Shown here one piece after another: positions 36,400 to 45,000 of a stretch of 55,822 nt of DNA. The notes below the pieces were generated by a model that saw nothing but the letters and a program-made list of their open reading frames with translations, was not told the DNA's origin and searched no databases. Every line of letters begins with the position of its first letter. The first letter of the stretch is position 1. The DNA lies in the IMG/VR virus record IMGVR_UViG_3300032322_000568, positions 1 through 55,822 of that record. One strand, 5' to 3'. The DNA comes from a virus (lineage: Duplodnaviria; Caudoviricetes). A program made the position numbers and the translations under genes.

Positions 36400-36656
36400 A
36401 CACACAACCCGAAGCCTTGCGACTAGCTGATGCGCTGGACGCTGAGTTTGTGCAAGGACGAATAAGCAATAGCACGGGCAGGGAATCAGCCGTCGAACTG
36501 CGCCGATTGGCACTGAAGCAGTGGGTTGGCCTGACGGATGATGAGATTTATGACTGTGAAGAAGAAGTCGGAATGCCTCAGTACGAAATCTCATCGGCTG
36601 ATTTGTATGCGTTCGCCCGTGCCATCGAAGCCAAGCTAAAGGAGAAGAACACATGA
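36396..36656 (+). CDS. WVGLT mosaic family protein
   Basis: QPEALRLAD.L, WVGLTDDEI, FARAIEAKLKEKNT. Confidence 0.75.
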   Translation: MNTQPEALRLADALDAEFVQGRISNSTGRESAVELRRLALKQWVGLTDDEIYDCEEEVGMPQYEISSADLYAFARAIEAKLKEKNT

Positions 36657-37027
36657 GCAGAGAAGCTATGCAGATGGCGCTTGAAGCGCTGGAGAGTGAT
36701 CCAACAAGTCTTGCTTGGCTTATTAGCAAAAAGCAAGCCATCACCGCACTGCGCCAAACACTAGAGGAAAAGCAAGAGCCGGTGGCGTGGCGTTATGCAC
36801 TTGACGCCAGTGTTGAGGGCCCTCGTTGGATTTATATAGACAAAGACCCACATCAGTGGCTTAAAGGCCCTTCACTTGGTCATGCTCTGATCGAACCCCT
36901 CTACACCGCACCGCCAAAGCAATGGGTTGGGCTGACGGATGAGGACATGGAAGCACTTTTCTTGAATGAGGACGGTGTGAGGTTTGCCCGATACATCGAA
37001 GCCAAGCTAAAGGAGCGCAACACATGA
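36653..37027 (+). CDS. EPVAW / WVGLT mosaic family protein
   Basis: MSREAMQMALEALE, QEPVAW, PLYTAPP, WVGLTDED, IEAKLKERNT. Confidence 0.75.
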   Translation: MSREAMQMALEALESDPTSLAWLISKKQAITALRQTLEEKQEPVAWRYALDASVEGPRWIYIDKDPHQWLKGPSLGHALIEPLYTAPPKQWVGLTDEDMEALFLNEDGVRFARYIEAKLKERNT

Positions 37028-37386
37028 CGGACGAAGAACTGTTGAGGTATGCCGCGAAAGCGATGGGATATGTTGAGCCAACCATGTATAGGCCAAAAAC
37101 CAACTGTCTTTTGTGGGTAGGCAAGGAGTCCGGCGCATCTACTTGGAGTCCATTCCGCGATGACAAAGACGCTTTTAATCTGATGGTTGCACTGGATATT
37201 GGCGTTCATCATGGCTGGACGTATGCAGATGAGAAGGAGCCGTATGCAAATGTGTGCGCTCAACATATCCCGTCGATGATTGAGGTCGGGGAGATAAAGG
37301 GTGATGACCCGAAGGCTGCAACTCGCCGCGCAATCGTCAGAGCCGCCGCTGAGATTGGCAAAAACATGGAGAAGAATCGTGGCTAA
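37024..37386 (+). CDS. NinX-like conserved phage protein
   Basis: W.P..DD.DAF.L.V.L...ATRRAIVRAAAEIG. Confidence 0.7.
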   Translation: MTDEELLRYAAKAMGYVEPTMYRPKTNCLLWVGKESGASTWSPFRDDKDAFNLMVALDIGVHHGWTYADEKEPYANVCAQHIPSMIEVGEIKGDDPKAATRRAIVRAAAEIGKNMEKNRG

Positions 37387-37579
37387 GTTACCTTACACCT
37401 GGACCATCTGCCCTGATGAGCCGGCACCAAAACAATTCACAGCACTTACTCCCAGGCTGCTTCATGCCATGCGTAGTGGTGGCATGGACTTCACGATTGA
37501 CCATCGGGTTCTTGCATGGCCAGCATCAAAAGCAGGCAAAACGATTGTCAATAACCACCTGAAAAAAAAGCATGAATGA
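37379..37579 (+). CDS. hypothetical protein
   Basis: GGAG RBS + GTG. Confidence 0.5.
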   Translation: MAKLPYTWTICPDEPAPKQFTALTPRLLHAMRSGGMDFTIDHRVLAWPASKAGKTIVNNHLKKKHE

Positions 37580-37644
37580 TGCCCTGCGCTATCGCATGCT
37601 CAGGCAGTTGGTTGACTACCCCGATCAAATGGATGCTGACCTAG

Positions 37645-37848
37645 ATGAGCTTATACGAGAAGCAATTGAAAATTATCGAGCGACTGCACAACCAGGCGCA
37701 AAACCAAATGAAAACCGATCCAGCATTGGCCGATCAATACTTGCACGATCTGGCCTGGAATGTGTTGGAACTAAGGAAGAAATTACACGATGCAATGCCC
37801 ATACTGTCGCAACGAGTCAGGACGGTCCTTCAAGACAACCGTCCTTGA
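37645..37848 (+). CDS. hypothetical helical protein (overlaps alternative ORF 37572..37892)
   Basis: Amphipathic helical pattern, frame choice ambiguous. Confidence 0.4.
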   Translation: MSLYEKQLKIIERLHNQAQNQMKTDPALADQYLHDLAWNVLELRKKLHDAMPILSQRVRTVLQDNRP

Positions 37849-38002
37849 TACCCGGTCCTACTGGGAACCCAACAAGCTTAGATTTTATTTAGAGCGCCGA
37901 CGCGAATGCAAAAAATGTCAAACACGATTCCTAACCAGAGAGTTCTCACCATCGGTTCCACCACCCTCACGCTCCGTGAGTGGGCAAAGCGCGGAAAGCT
38001 AA
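37790..38002 (+). CDS. NrdR N-terminal-like zinc-ribbon protein
   Basis: MQCPYC...T.VLDTR...RRRECKKC..RF.T.E, no ATP-cone. Confidence 0.8.
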   Translation: MQCPYCRNESGRSFKTTVLDTRSYWEPNKLRFYLERRRECKKCQTRFLTREFSPSVPPPSRSVSGQSAES

Positions 38003-38202
38003 GTTATTACACCCTGAAGTGGCGTGTGGATCAGGGATGGCCCTCAGACCGTTTATTTGAGCGCAGGAACGCCGTAAAGGACGGCAGGAAGGTTTGCTCT
38101 AAGTGCCAGGACACAAAGCCCGTAGAGGCCTTTTATGAGCGTTCTAGGGGCGGGTGGCTGGCAGAGTGCAAAGTCTGCTTTAAGTCTCGGTATAAACGCT
38201 AG
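37906..38202 (+). CDS. HTH + C4 zinc-finger protein
   Basis: TLREWA...TLKWR...GW, KVCSKC..TKP...FY...CKVC. Confidence 0.7.
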   Translation: MQKMSNTIPNQRVLTIGSTTLTLREWAKRGKLSYYTLKWRVDQGWPSDRLFERRNAVKDGRKVCSKCQDTKPVEAFYERSRGGWLAECKVCFKSRYKR

Positions 38203-39470
38203 CGTTGGTATCTTGCGTAAACCGCTGGCAGTGGCATGCTGCCAGTTTGCCTGCTGCGCATTTTGTCGTAAAGGTACAGGGCCAAGGGTGATGCTGTAGC
38301 GGCCACCGTGCCTGCAATCCTGGCCGGTGGGAAGGGTGTCATAGCCCCGGCACTGCCAACTGTACCCAAGCCTGCAAGCAAGGCACCAAGCATGTCGTCT
38401 TCTTGCAAGCGTTTGTTTGTTTCCCTTGCGCCTTCAGCCATACCAAGACCACCAAGAGCGCCCAGGGCACTTGTTTTGCCAATTGGAAATGCTTGACGCA
38501 AGCCTGCCTGAATCCGTGGTAAGACACCAGGACCTTTAGGCTGCGGTGGTGGTGGGCGGTTTGCAGCAACTTCAGGTGGCAGCATCAATTGATTAGGACC
38601 TGAGCCACTTAACTGGAAGTTCCCAGCACCCATGCCGCGGATCTTTTGCATATTGGCAATGTCACGATCAATGATGGCCTGGCCACCTCGAGGATCGGTT
38701 TTGCGCATGGACTCAGCAGACTCGGCAAGCACATCAGGGATGTTTTGACCCATGGCACGGGTCCAATTGGCTGGACCGGATGAGCCTGGCACATTACGCG
38801 TTACAGGCGATGGGGCTGCTGGAGCCGCTCCAGGCGTCGTTGGCAATGCACCACCCATAACACCGGGAACATTTGATGGGACGCCTTGGTAGCCCTGCAA
38901 AAAGCTTTGAACCTTAGCAGGAGTCTTAGCGCCTGCATATGCGGCAGCAACATCACCGGCCACGCGATAAGGGTCTGCTTCCATGGCCATGCGCATGAGT
39001 TCGCCAGCCTGGTCTGAGAAGGAGACCGGCTCTTTTTTAAGGCCCGTGGTCTCTAGCTCAAAATGCTTTGGCGTGTCTTGTTCACTGCGACGCATTTCTT
39101 CTTGCTTTGGCTCAGTACCACTTTCAAAGCGATAAATAACGTCAGCAATTCTTGGCGCTGCACCCTTGGGAAACGGGTCATTGGTGGATTTAAGGCCTAA
39201 TGATGCAGCCAGCTTGATCTTGTAATTCTCACGCGCATCATCAGAATTTTCCTCGCCAGCAGGCGCGTACCGATCAATAAATTTTTCAGGCGTATCAAGT
39301 CCGCGGTTGATCTTGATATTGATGTCATTGACAAGTGCTCGCTGGCCAAAACTTTTGTTTTCAAAGATGGCAAACCCGCGATCATCCACGCCGATCTGGC
39401 CTTCGTACTTAACGCCCTTTGGCGGTTTGAGATTGCCAGGGTTGTTGTTGTAGTCAGCAAGGTTATCCAT
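38199..39470 (-). CDS. internal virion/ejection protein with N-terminal lysozyme-like domain
   Basis: NNNPGNL...FAIF....G.RAL...I.RYAP..EN...ESG, Gly/Ala-rich hydrophobic C-terminus. Confidence 0.65.
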   Translation of the reverse strand: MDNLADYNNNPGNLKPPKGVKYEGQIGVDDRGFAIFENKSFGQRALVNDINIKINRGLDTPEKFIDRYAPAGEENSDDARENYKIKLAASLGLKSTNDPFPKGAAPRIADVIYRFESGTEPKQEEMRRSEQDTPKHFELETTGLKKEPVSFSDQAGELMRMAMEADPYRVAGDVAAAYAGAKTPAKVQSFLQGYQGVPSNVPGVMGGALPTTPGAAPAAPSPVTRNVPGSSGPANWTRAMGQNIPDVLAESAESMRKTDPRGGQAIIDRDIANMQKIRGMGAGNFQLSGSGPNQLMLPPEVAANRPPPPQPKGPGVLPRIQAGLRQAFPIGKTSALGALGGLGMAEGARETNKRLQEDDMLGALLAGLGTVGSAGAMTPFPPARIAGTVAATASPLALYLYDKMRSRQTGSMPLPAVYARYQR

Positions 39471-39472
39471 GA

Positions 39473-41059
39473 CTACTCCTTTAATTTATAACTGCCATCA
39501 GGCTGGCGTACATAGGTCTTGCCATCAATCTTGCGCTCTTGACCTGCCCTTGGCGCAGCGGGTTTGTTAGGCTGAATGAGTTCGCCACGCGGTGTTTCTG
39601 GCTGGCCAGCCTTTTTGACATTGGCTTCTTGACGCACCTTGTAAGCATCAAACATTTTTGTAAATTCAGGCGTCTCTTCAAAGTCATCAAACTGCATGCC
39701 CGGTGATTTCTTGCGAGCCTCTTTGAGTGCTGATCCTATTTCCTGACGGAACCTGGCCTGCTCACGCAAGAAAGCCAACTTAGCCTTTGCTGATGCGGCA
39801 GTATCCATCATGGACAATCCCATTTGATTGACCATGAGTTGTTCAAAGTTGGATACGGATGTGCCTGAGCCTAAGCCTTTACGCGCATCAAAATTAAGCT
39901 GGGCAAAAGCGCTTGTTAGCTCCATAGCCCTATCAATTAAATTCTGCGGTGTGCCAGCGTTGGTTAGGACCTTACGGATTGTTGGGATGCCAATGCTGTA
40001 ATTGCCAACTCGGATGGCCTCTTCAACCAACGATCCAATTTGTGCAAGCGCACCATTTCTTTCAAGCACACCCATCACCGTATCAATACCAGGTTCCTTA
40101 AGGATGGTTTCAATACGAGCATAAGTTGGATCGGTTTGTCTTGCAGCACTAGCTTGCTCAAACACTTGCGAAGTGCGCCCAGCAGCGGTTTCAGCAAGCT
40201 TCTTCTCGGCTGCAGTCCTGGTCTCGAGTTGCGCCTTCTCTTCTTCCCTCCGGCGCTCGCGCTCTTGAACCGTTATTGCAGGCTTTGCTGTAGAGCCTTC
40301 TGCTGCAACTGCTCCAGGGGTTGGTTCCCCAGGTACTGTCTCTGGTAACGGCTGCGTCAAGCGATTGATGATTTGTCTGACTGCTTTTCCGTCGCCTTTT
40401 CTGCGCGCTTCGCTTAACTCCACTTGATCCTGGCGCGTCATCGGAATGTCGCCACCATACTCTGGAACATAAACATTGACAGGGGCACCGCCAGGCGTTG
40501 GCGTAAATTGGCCAGTGCGAACATTGTAAGCACCTTCTGCTGTTACCTTAACTTCATCTCGCATGGCCTGCAAAAATTTATTGGCAAGCTCACCAAGAGC
40601 GGCGTCATACATACCAATTTGCGCTGCTCTTTGAGGTGTCATGCCAGCAAATTCTGCTGGGTATTGCTGGCCACCGACCGTGATGGTCTCACCTGGCTTA
40701 CCGGGCTGCATGGCACCTGTAAACGCTTTGAGCGCCTCGCCCTTTTGTGCTGCGCCATATTGATTGGCAGCAAGCTCTGCGCGGATCTGAGCCATCTCAA
40801 TGTTGCGCTTGCGCTCGGCCTCTGCTGCAGGGCCGACTTGCGCAGCAACATTTGAAATACTTTCACCGAATGATCCTGTTTTGGTTGGCGCTAAGAACCC
40901 TTGAGCCATAGCCAAAAGCACGGGATCAAAAAGTTGATTGCGTGACTCGAGCGCCTCGAGCATCTTTTTCTGAGCGTCAATGTAAGTCTGACGCGCCTCA
41001 GTCATGCCAGAGGATTCACCAGGCATTTCAACAAGTGCTAGAGGTGATTGTTTTGCCAT
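39473..41059 (-). CDS. ejection (DNA transfer) protein
   Basis: A/Q/E-rich helical, LAMAQGFL.P..TG.FGES, G.G..VSNFE motif. Confidence 0.65.
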   Translation of the reverse strand: MAKQSPLALVEMPGESSGMTEARQTYIDAQKKMLEALESRNQLFDPVLLAMAQGFLAPTKTGSFGESISNVAAQVGPAAEAERKRNIEMAQIRAELAANQYGAAQKGEALKAFTGAMQPGKPGETITVGGQQYPAEFAGMTPQRAAQIGMYDAALGELANKFLQAMRDEVKVTAEGAYNVRTGQFTPTPGGAPVNVYVPEYGGDIPMTRQDQVELSEARRKGDGKAVRQIINRLTQPLPETVPGEPTPGAVAAEGSTAKPAITVQERERRREEEKAQLETRTAAEKKLAETAAGRTSQVFEQASAARQTDPTYARIETILKEPGIDTVMGVLERNGALAQIGSLVEEAIRVGNYSIGIPTIRKVLTNAGTPQNLIDRAMELTSAFAQLNFDARKGLGSGTSVSNFEQLMVNQMGLSMMDTAASAKAKLAFLREQARFRQEIGSALKEARKKSPGMQFDDFEETPEFTKMFDAYKVRQEANVKKAGQPETPRGELIQPNKPAAPRAGQERKIDGKTYVRQPDGSYKLKE

Positions 41060-41062
41060 GAT

Positions 41063-42085
41063 TTAAGTCCCGAAGTCGCCCATCAGACCAGTTTCTGTGC
41101 CACCGCCGGTGAGAGATCCTAGTGAATCCCCGGCGCCACTGAATGCTTTGCCAAGTAAGGCGCCAAGACCGCCGATGTTGCCGGCCTTATCTACCGGGAA
41201 GGCTGCACCGACCAGAGTTCCCAGACCAGCAATTTGCGATAAGGCTGACGGTCCATAAGCACTTGCAGGACCCTTGTACGTTTCAGTGGTTGTCGTTGGG
41301 AACTGGTAATTACGCAGCAACTGAGCCACATTAGCAGCCCTGGTAAGCGGTGCTTCAAGCTTTAATTGATCGTAAGCAGTTTGTTGTGCGCCAAGCTCTG
41401 CAAGTCCTTTGGCTTCACCTAAGCCTGCTTGCGCTTCAATATTGCCAAGGCTACTTAATGCGCTTGCAGCACCTGTTTGCTGACCCTGCTCGCGTAGCGC
41501 AGCATCAAGTGCTGCTTTGTACATATTCTGCTGGGCTGCAATCTTTTGGCCTTCAAGCTGTGATGCAAAGTCTGCTAAGGCCTGTCCTGATACCGTGCCA
41601 ATCCGGCTACCGCCCATGGTCCCAGCGCCGCCAGAAACACCTAGTGCTTTCAGTGCTGGCATGACATTGCGCATCAAGGCTTGCTGACCCTGCTTTTCAA
41701 TCTGATTGATTACATCAGTCTTGAACGGATCATAAAACTTTGAAATGTCTGTTGCGCCGACGTCCATGGCAGACTTGCCAGCCGTTAGCGCCTGATCAAG
41801 TGCGGTCGAATACCGACCTAGAAGTTCAGGTGCCTGCGTGTAAGCAGACTGCTGCAGCGTTGACATTGGCGCGATCAATTGATCTTTGCCAAACGGTGTG
41901 AATGATGCTGGCGTTGTGATGTTGCCTTCAGCATCTTTAACCGCTGGCGTGGTTGTGCCTAATGCACTGGTGCCAGCTTGAGCCAGGTTGGTCAGGTACT
42001 CGGTGAGATACCCAGGCGCTTGCTGCGCCGTGGTGCGGGTAGTCTCAACATTGGGTGGCGCTGTGCCTTCAAATAATCCGGCCAT
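41063..42085 (-). CDS. ejection (pilot) protein
   Basis: A/G/Q-rich, glycine-zipper C-terminus. Confidence 0.65.
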   Translation of the reverse strand: MAGLFEGTAPPNVETTRTTAQQAPGYLTEYLTNLAQAGTSALGTTTPAVKDAEGNITTPASFTPFGKDQLIAPMSTLQQSAYTQAPELLGRYSTALDQALTAGKSAMDVGATDISKFYDPFKTDVINQIEKQGQQALMRNVMPALKALGVSGGAGTMGGSRIGTVSGQALADFASQLEGQKIAAQQNMYKAALDAALREQGQQTGAASALSSLGNIEAQAGLGEAKGLAELGAQQTAYDQLKLEAPLTRAANVAQLLRNYQFPTTTTETYKGPASAYGPSALSQIAGLGTLVGAAFPVDKAGNIGGLGALLGKAFSGAGDSLGSLTGGGTETGLMGDFGT

Positions 42086-42087
42086 GA

Positions 42088-45000
42088 TTACTTACCTTTC
42101 TTGAGGTAGTCGAGCGGAGACTTATGTGCTGGGGGCGGCAGATCCTTTTCCTTGGTCGATCTGGCCCTTGCGCGGATCTCATGCATCATCTTGTAGAGTT
42201 TATCGGTTCCTGCCTTGGTTGAGCCATTACCGAGTGCTGAAACCACATCAGCAGGGAAAACAAACTCGCCATCAGCAAGCCATGCTGGGATGTCATCGGA
42301 CTGACCGTCGCCATCACCGGCAACATGCTTGCCATGACGGAAGTCTTCTCGAGTTCCTAGGCCGCCAGCACGATACATGAACTGAGGATTCATGGCACCA
42401 CCAGCAGCACGCAAGGGTTCAACAAAACCGCCTTGAGCGTAGAGTGGCTCCTCTTCAGGCTCTTCCTTCTTGCCCATGCCCAGGATGTCATCAATCGATG
42501 TTTCCTGCCCGTAGGTGTAAGCAGGCATCTGTTGCTTGGGTGGCTCCACACCGAGACGCTGTGCAATGACGGCGGCAAGGGCCGGATCAATGGCGTTCAT
42601 ATCTTCAATCCTTTGCTTCATGGCGGCCAGAGGGTCAACCTGCTCTCCAGCAGGGCCGGATTTAAGCATTTCACCTTTAAGGCGTCCAAGTTCACTGCCC
42701 ATAACCATCCCTGGAATTGCCGACGCAGCCATTGCTGACTTTGACGGTGTCGTGGTTGGCTTGGTTTCTTTCGGGGTTTCAGGTTTGACTTCTGGTTTAA
42801 CAGGCTCAAGAGGCGCAACAACATCAACCTTGGGAGGATCGCCAACATCAAGATCATCAAAAACAGTTTCTTGACCGTCACGGTCCCTAAAAGTACACCT
42901 GACCTCTCCATCAGGTTTCCACTCTACAGTCACTTTGGTGTTTGTGGCTGTATCTGTAACAACCTGAGTCGTGACGTTTGTGGTGGTGTCAACCGTAACA
43001 TCTGTTGAGCGAGTGCCATCAACCGTCGTTTGAGTGGTCACACCCGTGCTTGTATCGCTTGTGACTGTAGTGGTCGTGCTGCCAACCGTCGTTACTTGTG
43101 AGGTGATGTTGTTATTGGTTGTGATGGTCGTTGACGCGCCAGAGCTATTGTCAACTACGGTCTGACTCGTTACACCCGTCGTCGCATCCGTTGCGGTTGT
43201 GGATGTGACATTGTTGTTTGTTGTGCTGTTTGCCGTGATGTTTGAGTTCGCACCCGTGACTGCCGCAATAGCCGTGTTGGTATCCGTGCCAGCAGTGATC
43301 GCAGCCGTAATCGATGATGCTGAAGCAGTTGAAGCATTAGCCCCTGCTTGGGTGGCCGAGTCAACAGCAGAGCTAATAGCAGTGCTTGCATCAACGCCGC
43401 TTGCGATTGCTGTTGATACTGCCGTGCTCGTTGAGCCTGCAACAACTGCCGTCGAATTGGCACCGCTTTGCGTAGCTGTCGAGACGGCTGCTGTCACCGA
43501 GGATGAAATAACACTTGAGGCGTCTGCCCCGGCGTTTAAGCCTGATGTCACTGCAGAACTCACTGCGCCCGTAACAACCGTTGATGCACTCGCACCATTA
43601 TTCAAAGCAGTTGATACGGCTGAATTGACTGAACTAGTAACCACGGCTGATGCATCGACACCGTTTGCAATGCCTGTTTTAACGGAAGACCCAACAGTCG
43701 AATCAATGGCTGTCGTGACATCAACGCCACTGGAAAGCGATGATGTGATTGATCCTGAAACTATAGTGGTTACCGCTTCAGACGTGTCCACACCACTGCT
43801 TAAAGCAGCGGAAAGGCCGGTATCAATTGATGAACTGATAACGGCTGACATATCACCGCCAGATTGCGCGGCTGTGTTGATGACTGATGAAACTGCTGCG
43901 CCAGGGTCAAGGCCATTATTGATTGCAGTCGTAACAGAACCCGATGAGGCTTGGGCTATGTCACCAGTTTGCGCAAGCGTGTTATTGAATGAGGCTTGAA
44001 CGCCTGAGCCAATCGATGTTGATGCGGCTTGATCAAGCGTATCAAGCTTCGTGCCTTGTATGGACCCTGCCGTAACGCCACCATACAAAGCACCGCCCGT
44101 CATGTTGGTGAGCGCGTTTACAGCATCGACAGGCCTGCCCAAGGCCAGATCGATCGACCCGGCAATGCTGCCTTCCTCGAGCACTTCCTGTGCTGACTCT
44201 TTCAGCGTGGTCTTGCCAACTTGAGATACGCCACTTGCTGCCTCATCAGCCTGGCTGCCAAAGACTTTGCCGGCCACCTTGCCTAAGCCAGCAGCACCGC
44301 CTGCCAGGGCTACGGTGACGCCAGCAGCCGTGCCGGCAGCTTTCTGAGCGGCTAAGTGCGCATCTTCCTTGGAAGCGCCTTTGGCAATCTGTGACTCATA
44401 TTCCGTGTTGTAAGCAGCACCGCCATTTTCTAGGGCCGAGGCAACGGTCTCTTTGACAAGGAAGCTGCCAGGGAACTTAAGTGTGGCAAGTTGCAATACT
44501 TCTTCAACAACCTCACTGCCAACAGTAGCGCCAAATGCTTTTGGATTATTAAAAGCTGTTGATACTAAGTTGCCGACATTGGTAGCAAAGTCTCTGATTC
44601 CAGAGGAGCTACCAACTTTTTGGATGGCAGCATCGATGTCCCTCTTGCCTTGCGTGATGTCAGCGCCTTCTGCTGCAGTGGCAGCAACAGCAATTTGATT
44701 GGCCTTATCAAGCACGGTTCTACCCGCATCTGTAAAGCCTAGTGCGCTTAATGCGCCAGCGATGGAGTTGGCTCCGAAACTTGCTACGCCTTGCGCAGCA
44801 ACACTGCCAAGCACTGAGTCAACCCTGGGCTTTTCCATCGTGACCGGGCCTGTGGTCGGAGGAAGGTCCTTGCCAGCACTATTGACTGATGCTGGCGTAA
44901 TGAGGGTTCCTGACTTGCCTTCGCTGATTAGCGCGTTAACGGCATTGACGTACTTGGCATAGTCCGCATCACTTGTACCGCCACCGGCCTGGATAAAGGC

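Noticed and set aside
37413-37435. Second hammerhead at CTGATGAG
   Set aside because: No GAAA core or stems I/III, and it lies in coding sequence; other CTGATGA hits I checked fail likewise
43199-43999. 266-aa + strand ORF and other long antisense ORFs (11375, 16666, 21796, 51597)
   Set aside because: Shadows of minus-strand genes with biased codons; no RBS or motifs
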